Shown piece by piece: positions 8,741-16,967 of a stretch of 64,000 nt of DNA (positions are counted from its first letter, which is position 1; each line of letters starts with the position of its first letter). The position numbers and the translations under genes were made by a program. The notes under the pieces are model-generated. The model saw only the letters and a program-made list of their open reading frames with translations, was not told the origin of the DNA and made no database searches. Location: assembly GCA_035494015.1 (NCBI GenBank), contig DATJHJ010000030.1:5047-69046 (forward strand). Reading direction: 5' to 3'. The DNA comes from Acidimicrobiales bacterium. Its GTDB lineage: Bacteria > Actinomycetota > Acidimicrobiia > Acidimicrobiales > AC-14.

Positions 8741-10213
8741 TCACGCCGAGGAAGCGTACACGGCGTCCTCGGACGGGCGTGGGGACGCGAGCCACGATGC
8801 GGCCAGGCCGGCGAGCACCCCGAGGCCCACCACCGCGCCCCACAGGAACCACGTCCCCGGCGGGGACCAGCGGGAGTGGCCGAGGAACCAAACCGGGCCG
8901 CTCGTGCCGACCGCGTAGCGGCGGGCGTTGGCGTACCAGCCTGTGGCGTGCACGGCGAGCGCGGGGACGGCCAGCACAGGCAGCATCCTCGACAACCGTT
9001 TCCCTCGCTTGGCTCGGGCCCCGTCGGCGACGATCTCGCCGGCCAGCAGCGGCAGGACGGCGGCGAAGGCCAGGACGTGCCGACCCTGGATCTCGAACCC
9101 GTTCTGGCGCAGGAGCCCGGCCGAGATCAGCACGATCAGAAGGAGCACGACCACCGGTACCACGGCGAGCAGGATCCGGCCCCGCCCGCCACCGAGCGTG
9201 GCGGCCAGGGCCACGAGCGCCACCAGCATCGCCGCCCACACCCAGTACGCGAGGGACGGCATGAGGGTGTCGAGCCAGCCGAACAGCCCCACCAGGTCCC
9301 GCAGGGTCTCGGGCAGGCTGCGCAGGGTAACCGGCACCTCGTGCCAGAAGTAACTCCCGTCGACGGCGATCCCGGGCTGGAAGGACCGCTCCCAGAGGAT
9401 GGTCGACACCGTGCCGAGGAAGATGACGGCGGCGGCGATCGCCGCGTACGCCGGCCGCTCGCGCACGGCGCGCCAGCACGCGCGCCAGCCCCGGTAGGCG
9501 ACCACGATGCCGACCATGAGGAGGATCCACACCGGGCCGAGCGACCGGCTCAGCGCCAGGACCACGCCCGACGCCGCCGCCGCCGTCCAGGCCATGCCCC
9601 GCCGGTCGCCGCCACCGATGCGCAGGACGGCGGAGAAAAAGCAGATCCCGGCGCCGATCTCGGGACCGCTCGGTGACAGGACCGACCCGGTGAAGACGAC
9701 CATGGGCGTCACCGCGACCAGCAGCCCCAGCAGCCGGACTGGCGATCCACCCGGCGGCCACAGGAGGGCGGCGGTCGTCGCCAGAAGGGCCAGCATCACC
9801 GCCGCGTTCACCAGCCGTCCCAGGCGCAGGGCGCTCTCCGGCCGGTGGCCGCGCAGGGCCGCCAGCCCGGGCAGCAGGTAGAGCGCGGGCTCGACCGTCC
9901 CGACCGTCGTCGTGGCGTCGACCGCCGTCTTGGGCGGCGTCTGGCCGAGGAGGCAGGAGGCATCCTCCTTCGAGTTGAAGGCGTCGCACCCCCATTCGAT
10001 GGGAGCCAGCCCGGCGGGGACGGTGACGATCCGTGCCCCCTTCTTGAGCCACAGGTCGGCCAGCGCCGGCGCCCCGGCGTCCTTCGGCAGCGATTTTGGC
10101 TGGCCCACCAGCGCGGGGTTCGGCCGGCCGTGCAGGTCACCCGACGCCACGGCCATAGCCCGCAGGTAGTGGTCGCCCTCGTCAGGCGCGGCCCCGGGCG
10201 GGTTGCCGAACAC
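8741..10213 (-). CDS. DUF2142-like polytopic membrane protein (putative GT-C-type glycosyltransferase)
   Basis: 490 aa from GTG 10213. PDEGDHYLRA motif followed by many TM segments. The frame stays open upstream and encodes RVDRRR-LALALFATCYALVALAW, so the true start may be CTG 10285 (see findings). Confidence 0.7.
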   Translation of the reverse strand: MFGNPPGAAPDEGDHYLRAMAVASGDLHGRPNPALVGQPKSLPKDAGAPALADLWLKKGARIVTVPAGLAPIEWGCDAFNSKEDASCLLGQTPPKTAVDATTTVGTVEPALYLLPGLAALRGHRPESALRLGRLVNAAVMLALLATTAALLWPPGGSPVRLLGLLVAVTPMVVFTGSVLSPSGPEIGAGICFFSAVLRIGGGDRRGMAWTAAAASGVVLALSRSLGPVWILLMVGIVVAYRGWRACWRAVRERPAYAAIAAAVIFLGTVSTILWERSFQPGIAVDGSYFWHEVPVTLRSLPETLRDLVGLFGWLDTLMPSLAYWVWAAMLVALVALAATLGGGRGRILLAVVPVVVLLLIVLISAGLLRQNGFEIQGRHVLAFAAVLPLLAGEIVADGARAKRGKRLSRMLPVLAVPALAVHATGWYANARRYAVGTSGPVWFLGHSRWSPPGTWFLWGAVVGLGVLAGLAASWLASPRPSEDAVYASSA

Positions 10214-10281
10214 CCAGGCCAGGGCGACCAGGGCGTAACAAGTGGCGAACAGGGCCAGCGCCAGCCGTCGCCGGTCGACCC

Positions 10282-10539
10282 TCAGCTCCGACCCCGACCT
10301 TCGAGGGCCCCGAGCACGAGCAGCAGGAGGGTGGCCCCGAGGGCGGCCAGCAGGACCGATCGCAGGCCGAACCGGGTGATGCCGCTGTAGCCCGCAGCCC
10401 GGGCCAGCCCGCCGCCGATGAGCGCCCCCGCCACCCCGACGGCGATCTTGGTCAGGAAGCCCTCACGGGGACGGTGGGAGACGATCCCGCCGATCCACGC
10501 TGCCAGCAGGCCGATGACGATCCAGGAGAGGAGGCCCAT
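10282..10539 (-). CDS. GlsB/YeaQ/YmgE-family small membrane protein
   Basis: 85 aa. MGLLSWIVIGLLAAWIGG...GVAGALIGGGL is typical of the transglycosylase-associated (YeaQ/YmgE) family. Confidence 0.8.
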   Translation of the reverse strand: MGLLSWIVIGLLAAWIGGIVSHRPREGFLTKIAVGVAGALIGGGLARAAGYSGITRFGLRSVLLAALGATLLLLVLGALEGRGRS

Positions 10540-10563
10540 CAGCAGGAACCGTAGGCGCGCCGC

Positions 10564-11142
10564 TCACGCCCGTGTCGGCTCCCACGGCTGCAGCCACGGG
10601 GTGGCGGGCCAACCCTCGGCCGCGGCCATCAGCGACATGGCGCTGGCGCCATCGACCGCCTCCCGGATGATGTCGGCGTGGCCGGCATGCCGGGCCGTCT
10701 CCTCGATGAGGTGCAGGAGCACCCACCGGACCGACCAGGCGTCGACGTCCTGGGGGAACCAGGGCACGCCCTTGGGCACGGGGACGGGCCGGCCGAGATC
10801 CTCGATGCCGGCCACCGCCTCCTCGGTCTCCCGGGCCACCTCGTCGTAGAGCGCGAGCACGCCGGTCAGGGTCTCGTCGGGGCCGAGCCGGAAGTTGGCC
10901 ATGTACTCCTCGGCACCCCCGCCCTCAGCCGGGCGTTGCCGCATGATGTCGATCCAGCCCCGCTCCGTGGTCGCAGTGTGCTTGATGAGGCCGCCGACGC
11001 TGAGGGCGCTGGCCGCCGGGACGGCGCGGGCCTGGTCGTCGGTGAGGCCGTGACCGGCGAGGCGCAGGACGTAGCGCTGCTGGGCCAAGAACGCGAGCAG
11101 CCCCTGGCGCTCGTCGTCGACGGGGGAGACGTTGCCGGGCAT
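10564..11142 (-). CDS. DinB-family (DUF664/mycothiol-transferase-like) protein
   Basis: 192 aa. C-terminal WVLLHLIEETARHAGHADIIRE is the DinB/DUF664 hallmark. A paralog lies at 53005-53472. Confidence 0.8.
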   Translation of the reverse strand: MPGNVSPVDDERQGLLAFLAQQRYVLRLAGHGLTDDQARAVPAASALSVGGLIKHTATTERGWIDIMRQRPAEGGGAEEYMANFRLGPDETLTGVLALYDEVARETEEAVAGIEDLGRPVPVPKGVPWFPQDVDAWSVRWVLLHLIEETARHAGHADIIREAVDGASAMSLMAAAEGWPATPWLQPWEPTRA

Positions 11143-11250
11143 CGGGACCTCCAGGGATCAAGGCGGCCGAAGTGCCGGGGCGCTCACCGGCGGCGACGGC
11201 GGGCCCCGCTGCGCGGCCGTACGACCGCCGGCGATCGAATGGGCCGTCGC

Positions 11251-11427
11251 TCAGGCCTGAGCGTCCGCCAACTCCCGCAGCCGCCGCTCGAGCGCCGCCC
11301 GCTGGACCTCGAGCTGGGCGATCTTCGCCGCCGCAGCCGATGGCGGCCGGACGCAGCACCCGCAGCCGGCGTCGTCCGCGTCCCCCTCGCTGGCCGCCTC
11401 TGGCGCCATCTGCAGGGTGTCCGTCAT
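11251..11427 (-). CDS. small hypothetical protein (58 aa) with CGCC motif and C-terminal amphipathic helix
   Basis: Below the track length cut-off. Own translation: MTDTLQMAPEAASEGDADDAGCGCCVRPPSAAAAKIAQLEVQRAALERRLRELADAQA. GAGGAGGA sits 7 nt upstream of the ATG and GC3 is very high. Divergent from cofD. Confidence 0.5.
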   Translation of the reverse strand: MTDTLQMAPEAASEGDADDAGCGCCVRPPSAAAAKIAQLEVQRAALERRLRELADAQA

Positions 11428-11515
11428 GTCCAGGTCCTCCTCGTCGTCAACGGGTGGTCGCCTGGTGTCAGGTTACGCCGCCGCCGGGGCGCGAGCGCTC
11501 GGGCATGATGCCCTC

Positions 11516-12439
11516 ATGGTCATCACCGCCTTGTGCGGCGGCGTCGGTGCCGCTCGGTTCCTGCAAGGCCTCGTCCAGGTCGTCGACCCCGGCTCGGTGG
11601 CGGCCGTCGTCAACACGGGCGACGACGTGGTCCTCCATGGCCTCCACGTCAGCCCGGACCTCGACACGGTGACCTACACGCTGGCCGGGGCGGTCAGCGC
11701 CGAGCGGGGCTGGGGCCTGGAGGGCGAGACGTGGGCGGCCATGGAGGCCCTGGCCCGCTACCGGTCGCCGCTGGCCTGGTTCAACCTGGGCGACCGCGAC
11801 CTCGCCACGCACCTCTTCCGCACCCAGCGGCTGCGGGACGGGGCGACCCTCTCCGCCGTGACCGCCGAAATCGCCCGCGCCTGGGACGTCGGCGTCACCG
11901 TCCTGCCCGTCACCGACGACCGGGTCGAGACGCGGATGGACGTCGTCGGGGAGGGCGAGATCGGCTTCCAGGAGTACTTCGTCGGCCGCCGCCACAGTGT
12001 GCCCGTTCGGGCCGTCCGCTTCGACGGTGCGGAGTCGGCACGGCCCGGGCCCGGCGTGCTCGACGCCCTGGGCGTGGCCGAGCGGGTGGTCATCTGCCCG
12101 TCGAACCCCATCGTGTCGATCGGTCCCGTGCTGGCCGTCCCCGGGGTTCGCTCCGCCGTCGAGGCGGCCCGGGACCGGGTGGTGGCCGTCTCCCCCATCG
12201 TGGCCGGGGCGGCCCTCAAGGGCCCGGCCGACCGCCTGCTGGGCGAGCTGGGCCACGAGGTGTCGGTCGTCGGCGTGGCCCGCCTCTACGCCCCGCTGGC
12301 GGCGACCCTGGTGGTCGACGACGCCGACGGGCCCTTGGCCGCCGCCGTCGAGGCCGAGGGGATGCGCTGTGTGGTCGCCCCCACGATCATGCGGGGGGGG
12401 GCGGAGGCGGCGGCCCTGGCCCGGGTCGTCCTGTCGTGA
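11516..12439 (+). CDS. cofD: 2-phospho-L-lactate transferase (F420 biosynthesis, CofD/FbiA)
   Basis: MVITALCGGVGAARFLQGL...VNTGDD...PDLDTV...WFNLGDRDLATHL is the classic CofD N-terminus. ATG 11516 is preferred over the track start 11417. Confidence 0.88.
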   Translation: MVITALCGGVGAARFLQGLVQVVDPGSVAAVVNTGDDVVLHGLHVSPDLDTVTYTLAGAVSAERGWGLEGETWAAMEALARYRSPLAWFNLGDRDLATHLFRTQRLRDGATLSAVTAEIARAWDVGVTVLPVTDDRVETRMDVVGEGEIGFQEYFVGRRHSVPVRAVRFDGAESARPGPGVLDALGVAERVVICPSNPIVSIGPVLAVPGVRSAVEAARDRVVAVSPIVAGAALKGPADRLLGELGHEVSVVGVARLYAPLAATLVVDDADGPLAAAVEAEGMRCVVAPTIMRGGAEAAALARVVLS

Positions 12440-12443
12440 AGTC

Positions 12444-13145
12444 GTGAACCCGATCGAGATCATCCCGATCGAGGGCCTCCCCGAGATCCACCCGGGGGAT
12501 CGGATCGCCGACCTGCTGGCCGCGTCCGGGGCCGACCTGCGCGAGGGCGACGTGGTGGTCGTTACCCAGAAGGTGGTGTCCAAGGCCGAGGGCCGGATGG
12601 AGGCCGTCGACCCCCGGGACCCGGCGGCGCGGGCGGCCATCGTCGAGCGCGAGTCGGTGCGGGTCCTGCGGCGGCGGGGCGACCTGGTCATCAGCGAGAC
12701 CGCGTCGGGCTTCGTGTGCGCCAACGCGGGCGTCGACCAGTCCAACGTCCCCGACGGTTACATCACCCTGCTGCCCGTCGACGCCGACCGCTCGGCCCGC
12801 CGCATCCGTGACGGGTTGGCCCATCGGCCGGGAGTCGACGTGGGGGTGATCGTGTCCGACACCTTCGGCCGGACGTGGCGCAACGGGGTCACCGACGTCG
12901 CCATCGGCTGCGCCGGCATCGCCGCCGTCGTCGACCTTCGGGGCACGACCGACTCGCTCGGCCGGACCCTGCAGGTCACCGAGGTGGCCGTCGCCGACGA
13001 GCTGGCCGCCGCCGCCGAGCTGGTCATGGGCAAGTCGGCCCGGATCCCTGCCGCGGTCATCCGGGGCATCGACCGGTCGTGGTTCCGGCCGTCCTCCGTC
13101 CGGGCCGAGATCGTCCGCCCGCCGGCGGGCGACCTCTTTCGCTGA
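12444..13145 (+). CDS. cofE: coenzyme F420-0:L-glutamate ligase, single-domain form (CofE)
   Basis: GTG 12444, 5 nt after the cofD stop. IPIEGLPEIHPGDRIADLL...VVVVTQKVVSKAEGR...ANAGVDQSN...VSDTFGRTWRNG are CofE motifs. It is 233 aa with no C-terminal FMN/nitroreductase-like domain. Confidence 0.85.
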   Translation: MNPIEIIPIEGLPEIHPGDRIADLLAASGADLREGDVVVVTQKVVSKAEGRMEAVDPRDPAARAAIVERESVRVLRRRGDLVISETASGFVCANAGVDQSNVPDGYITLLPVDADRSARRIRDGLAHRPGVDVGVIVSDTFGRTWRNGVTDVAIGCAGIAAVVDLRGTTDSLGRTLQVTEVAVADELAAAAELVMGKSARIPAAVIRGIDRSWFRPSSVRAEIVRPPAGDLFR

Positions 13146-13160
13146 CCGGCCGACGGGAAC

Positions 13161-13203
13161 AAGTGAGCAGAAATGTACCGTGACGGTACATTTCTGCTCA
13201 CTT
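13161..13203. terminator. perfect 20-bp inverted repeat with 3-nt loop between convergent cofE and epimerase genes
   Basis: aagtgagcagaaatgtaccg-tga-cggtacatttctgctcactt. About 45% GC in an about 70% GC background. The right arm contains the TAA stop (13202-13204) of the epimerase gene. Confidence 0.55.
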
Positions 13204-14152
13204 AGCTCCGGGGTGCGCGGGCCTCGAACCAGCGGAGAACTTCGGCGGTGCCCTCGGCCAAGGTCGTCCACGACTTCCAGCCCAGGTGGATCCCGGCCCG
13301 GGTCGGGTCGAGGGACGAGCGGGCCAGCTCGCCCGCCCGGGCGGGGGCGAAGACCGGCAGTGCCGGTGCCGGGGCGGCGGCGGCCATGGTCTCGTACAGG
13401 GTGTTGACCGATGTCTCGGTGCCCGTGCCGATGTTCATGAGCAACCCGCTGCCCTTGGCCGCGGCGCGGGCGAAGGCGTCGACCACGTCGTCCACGTAGA
13501 CGAAGTCCCGTGTCTGGTTGCCGTCGCCGAAGATGGTGCAGGGCTGGCCGGACAGCAGGCGCCCGGCGAAGATGGCCACCACGCCCGCCTCGCCGTGGGG
13601 GTCCTGGCGGGGGCCGTACACGTTGGCCAGGGCCAGGGCGGTGAACTCGATGCCGTGGAGCGCCCGGTAGGCGGCCAGGTAGTCGCAGGCCGCCTTCTTG
13701 GACACGCCGTAGGGCGACAGGGGTCGCTGCGGGTGCGACTCGGGCACGGGAAGCTTCTCGGGCTCCCCGTACAGCGTCCCGCCGCTGGCCGCGAACACGA
13801 CCTTGCGGGTGCCCGCCGCCCGCGCCCCTTCGAGGACGTTGAGGGTGCCGATGAGGTTGACCTCGGCGTCGAAGGCCGGCCGCTCGACCGAGACCCGCAC
13901 GTCCGCCTGGGCCGCGAGATGGAACACCACCTCCGGGCGGCGGTGGGCCACCAGCTCGATCACCGCCGCGTCGCGAATGTCGAGCCGGTGGAAGCTGAGC
14001 TCGTACCCCGGCGTGGCCCGGGCCTCGGCCAAGTTGGACAGCGAGCCGGTCGAGAGGTCGTCGACGACGTCGACGGCGTGGCCCTCGGCCAGCAGGCGGT
14101 CGACCAGGGTGGATCCGATGAAGCCGGCGCCCCCCGTGACGAAGGCCTTCAC
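13202..14152 (-). CDS. NAD-dependent epimerase/dehydratase (UDP-glucose 4-epimerase-like)
   Basis: GTG 14152 (VKAFVTGGAGFIGSTLV), with YGVSKKAACDY (YxxxK). The start overlaps the manC stop as GTGA. The upstream part of the 426-aa track ORF is Arg/Gly junk. Confidence 0.85.
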   Translation of the reverse strand: MKAFVTGGAGFIGSTLVDRLLAEGHAVDVVDDLSTGSLSNLAEARATPGYELSFHRLDIRDAAVIELVAHRRPEVVFHLAAQADVRVSVERPAFDAEVNLIGTLNVLEGARAAGTRKVVFAASGGTLYGEPEKLPVPESHPQRPLSPYGVSKKAACDYLAAYRALHGIEFTALALANVYGPRQDPHGEAGVVAIFAGRLLSGQPCTIFGDGNQTRDFVYVDDVVDAFARAAAKGSGLLMNIGTGTETSVNTLYETMAAAAPAPALPVFAPARAGELARSSLDPTRAGIHLGWKSWTTLAEGTAEVLRWFEARAPRS

Positions 14153-15237
14153 CCGTCGTCCTGGCCCGGCACCCGGGCCACGTCGAGGTAGGCGCCGGGC
14201 TCGACCTCGTACCCGGCGCCCAGGACCGACAGGTTGGTGACCTCGGCGCCCCGGCCGACCGTCGCCCCTCGTCCGATGATCGAACGGCTGACCACGGCCC
14301 CCTCGCCGACGACGACGCCGGGGAGCAGCACCGAGTCCCGCACGGAGGCGCCCGCAAGGACGGCCGCCCCGGCACCGATCACCGAGCCGGCGACCGACGC
14401 GCCCACCGCCACCGACGCGCCCCGGCCGAGGACCGTGGGGCCGTGCACGTCGCCGTCGACCACTGCCTCCCCGAGGGTCCAAACGCCGCCGGCCCCGGAG
14501 CGGGCGCCGGGCGCGGGCGGGCCGGGGCGGCGGCCGGCCACCAGGTCGAGCTGGGCCTGCAGGTAGCGCTCGGGCGTCCCGGTGTCGGTCCAGTAGTCGG
14601 GCGACTCGAAGCCGTACAGGGAGCCGTCGTGGGCCAGCCCGGGGAAGACCTCCCGCTCGATGGACGTACGCCGGCCCTCGGGGATGCGGTCGAGCACCGA
14701 GGGTTCCAGGACGTAGGTGCCGGCGTTGATCAGGCTGGGGCCGGCCCCGCCCCGCGCCGGCTTCTCGACGAACGCCGCCACCTTGCCCCGCCCGTCGACC
14801 GGGACCAGGCCGAACGCCGACGGGTCCGAGACCTGGGCCAGCGAGATCGTCGCCTCCGCGTCGCGTTCCTCGTGGAAGGCGGCCATGGCGGTGATGTCCA
14901 GGTCGGTGAGGATGTCGCCGTTCACCACGAGGAAGCGTTCCTTGATCCCGGCGTAGCGGGCGGCGAAGCCCACGGCCCCGGCGGTGTCGAGGGGCTCGGG
15001 CTCCACCGCGTAGAGCAGGCGCACCCCCGCGCAGCGGCCGTCCGGGAACAGGTTCACGAAGGCGTCGGGCAGGTACCCGAGCGACAGGACCGCTTCGTCG
15101 ACGCCGTGGCCGGCCAGGTAGGCGAGGACCCGCTCGATCATCGGCACCTCGACGATGGGCAGGACCTGCTTGGGGACCGTCAGGGTCAGGGGCCGGAGGC
15201 GGGTGCCGATGCCGCCGACCAGGACCACCGCCCTCAC
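14149..15237 (-). CDS. manC: NDP-sugar pyrophosphorylase, mannose-1-phosphate guanylyltransferase-like with C-terminal left-handed beta-helix
   Basis: 362 aa. VLVGGIGTRLRPLTLTVPKQVLP plus a hexapeptide-repeat C-terminus. GTG start overlaps the upstream stop as GTGA. It occupies the position of Rv3264c in the mycobacterial cluster. Confidence 0.75.
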   Translation of the reverse strand: MRAVVLVGGIGTRLRPLTLTVPKQVLPIVEVPMIERVLAYLAGHGVDEAVLSLGYLPDAFVNLFPDGRCAGVRLLYAVEPEPLDTAGAVGFAARYAGIKERFLVVNGDILTDLDITAMAAFHEERDAEATISLAQVSDPSAFGLVPVDGRGKVAAFVEKPARGGAGPSLINAGTYVLEPSVLDRIPEGRRTSIEREVFPGLAHDGSLYGFESPDYWTDTGTPERYLQAQLDLVAGRRPGPPAPGARSGAGGVWTLGEAVVDGDVHGPTVLGRGASVAVGASVAGSVIGAGAAVLAGASVRDSVLLPGVVVGEGAVVSRSIIGRGATVGRGAEVTNLSVLGAGYEVEPGAYLDVARVPGQDDG

Positions 15238-16049
15238 GGGGCGGCGACGGTGGTGGTGGGAGCGACCGTGGTCGGGGCGACGGTGGTGGTGGCGCCCGGG
15301 GCCGTGGTCGTCGAACCGGCGACGGTGGTGGTGGTCGCGTTCGGGTCCGCCGGGGCCGTGGTGGTGGTGTCCTTGGTGGCGTCGGTGGGCTGGGTGCCGA
15401 CGTCGCTCAGCTTGTCGAGCTGGTCGGCCGACGGCGGGCGGGGGATGTCCGTGCCGGCGGGGACGAAGGCGATGGTGATGAGCATCCCGTCCGTCGGGCG
15501 GATGTCGGCCGGGTTCCCCGGCACGATGCGGCCCTGGTCCGAGGGGTCACGGGAGTCCCACACCTTGGTCTGGACGGTGGCCGGCCCGGACTGGCACGAC
15601 TGGCCGTTCTTGTGGGTGGTGTCGTCGTTGGGCAGCTTGATCTTGCTGGCGCTGATGTCGGCGCCGACGGTGTCGAAGAACACCGACAGCTTGGCCCGCT
15701 TCCCGGAGGCCGTGGTGCTGAACGGGTGGATGTGGACCACGCCGTCGCCATGGGTGTGAATGCCGAGCGGGTCCGTGCCCGAGTCGGGGATGTTGGGGGC
15801 GAAGGTGCCGCAGATGTCCACGCCGAGGGCGGCATGCCAGTGGTCACCGGCGACGCCGTTGGCGGCGGGGAGGGGGCGGGTGTTGTCCGGCTGGCGCTGG
15901 TCCCGCGAGTAGACGATGCCGGCGGTCCCGAGGATCACGACCAGGGCCATGAGCCCCGGCCAGAGCATGGAGGAGGTGCCGCGTCGCGTCCGGCCCCCGC
16001 CGGTTCGCGCCGCGCGAGCGACTTTCTTGGCTGACGATGCCTTTCCCAT
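15234..16049 (-). CDS. membrane-anchored His-rich protein with Thr/Pro-rich C-terminal tail (hypothetical)
   Basis: 271 aa. Basic N-terminus and one TM (MLWPGLMALVVILGTAGIV), then GDHWHAALGVDICG and GIHTHGDGVVHIHPF motifs. The tail is TTTTAPADPNATTTTVAGSTTTAPGATTTVAPTTVAPTTTVAAP. Confidence 0.7.
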   Translation of the reverse strand: MGKASSAKKVARAARTGGGRTRRGTSSMLWPGLMALVVILGTAGIVYSRDQRQPDNTRPLPAANGVAGDHWHAALGVDICGTFAPNIPDSGTDPLGIHTHGDGVVHIHPFSTTASGKRAKLSVFFDTVGADISASKIKLPNDDTTHKNGQSCQSGPATVQTKVWDSRDPSDQGRIVPGNPADIRPTDGMLITIAFVPAGTDIPRPPSADQLDKLSDVGTQPTDATKDTTTTAPADPNATTTTVAGSTTTAPGATTTVAPTTVAPTTTVAAP

Positions 16050-16064
16050 TGGTGTCCGACCGTA

Positions 16065-16967
16065 CTAGGTGGTCGCCGTCACCCCCGGCCGTGGTGGGGC
16101 CACGGCCGGTCGTGCCAGCGCGTGGTGGGCCCACGCGGCCAGGGTGCGGGCGGCCAGCCCGGCGGCCACGATCGGGACCACGGCCCGCCGAGCGCCGGTC
16201 GAGGTCTTGGACGCGAACCGCAGGAGCGAGCGGTGGTGCTCGACGATCATGCGGTACGGCTTCCGCCAGCTGGAGCCCCCGAGGGCGTGGACCACGCGGC
16301 CCCCTGGCTCGTACCCGATCCGCCAGCCGGCCCGGCCCAGGCGCCAGCACAGGTCGACGTCCTCCACGTACATGAAGTAGCCCTCGTCGAAGCCGGAGAC
16401 GGCGTCGAAGGCGGCCCTGCGCACCAGCATGCACGCCCCGCTGACCCAGTCGACGTCGGCGGCGGGGGTGTCGTGGTCCCAGTCGAGCATGCGGTAGCGA
16501 CGGGTGAACGGGTTTGCGGGCCACACCAGGCCGACGAACGCGTGGCCGAGGGCGACGGCCAGGTCGGGGAAGCGCCGGACCGACGGGTAGAGGCTCCCGT
16601 CCAGGTTCTCGATGCGGGGACCGACGGCGCCGAGGCCGGGATCACGTTCGAGGGACTCGACCAGGGCCTTGACCGTGCCCGGCTCCACCACGGTGTCGGG
16701 ATTGAGGATGAGCAAGTAGTCCGCGGTCGTCCGGTCCGCCCCCCGGTTGACTCCCGTGCCGAAGCCGAGGTTGGCGCCCGTCTCGACGACGACGACGCCC
16801 GGGTCGGCGGCACGCGCCGCGGCCACCGACCCGTCGGTGGAGGCATTGTCGACCACGATGATCTCGGCGACGGCCTCGGCCCGGAGGCTGCGCACGCAGT
16901 CGGGGAGGTCCCGCGCCGAGTTGTAGCTCACGGTGACGGCACTGACCCTCGGAGACTCGGCGGTCAA
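16065..16967 (-). CDS. wbbL: GT2 rhamnosyltransferase, WbbL-like
   Basis: VSAVTVSYNSARDL..VVDNASTDGS...GANLGFGTGVNRG...ILNPDT...GACMLVRR..F...GFDEGYFMYVEDVDLCWR. A TTG at 16967 overlaps the upstream stop as TTGA; GTG 16982 is an alternative. The track start 17198 is rejected. Confidence 0.8.
   Translation of the reverse strand: MTAESPRVSAVTVSYNSARDLPDCVRSLRAEAVAEIIVVDNASTDGSVAAARAADPGVVVVETGANLGFGTGVNRGADRTTADYLLILNPDTVVEPGTVKALVESLERDPGLGAVGPRIENLDGSLYPSVRRFPDLAVALGHAFVGLVWPANPFTRRYRMLDWDHDTPAADVDWVSGACMLVRRAAFDAVSGFDEGYFMYVEDVDLCWRLGRAGWRIGYEPGGRVVHALGGSSWRKPYRMIVEHHRSLLRFASKTSTGARRAVVPIVAAGLAARTLAAWAHHALARPAVAPPRPGVTATT

Noticed and set aside
10925-11359. 144-aa minus-strand ORF between the DinB gene and cofD.
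   Set aside because: It has an Arg/Gly/Pro-rich junk translation with no ribosome-binding site. The overlapping 58-aa ORF in another frame (11251-11427) has a strong Shine-Dalgarno and a coherent sequence.
15240-15400. Short GGT/GGC-rich tandem-looking repeats (gcgacggtggtggtgg...) that could be taken for a repeat array.
   Set aside because: They are the in-frame coding sequence of the Thr/Pro-rich tail (TTTVAP...) of the 15234-16049 protein. There is no spacer/repeat organisation.
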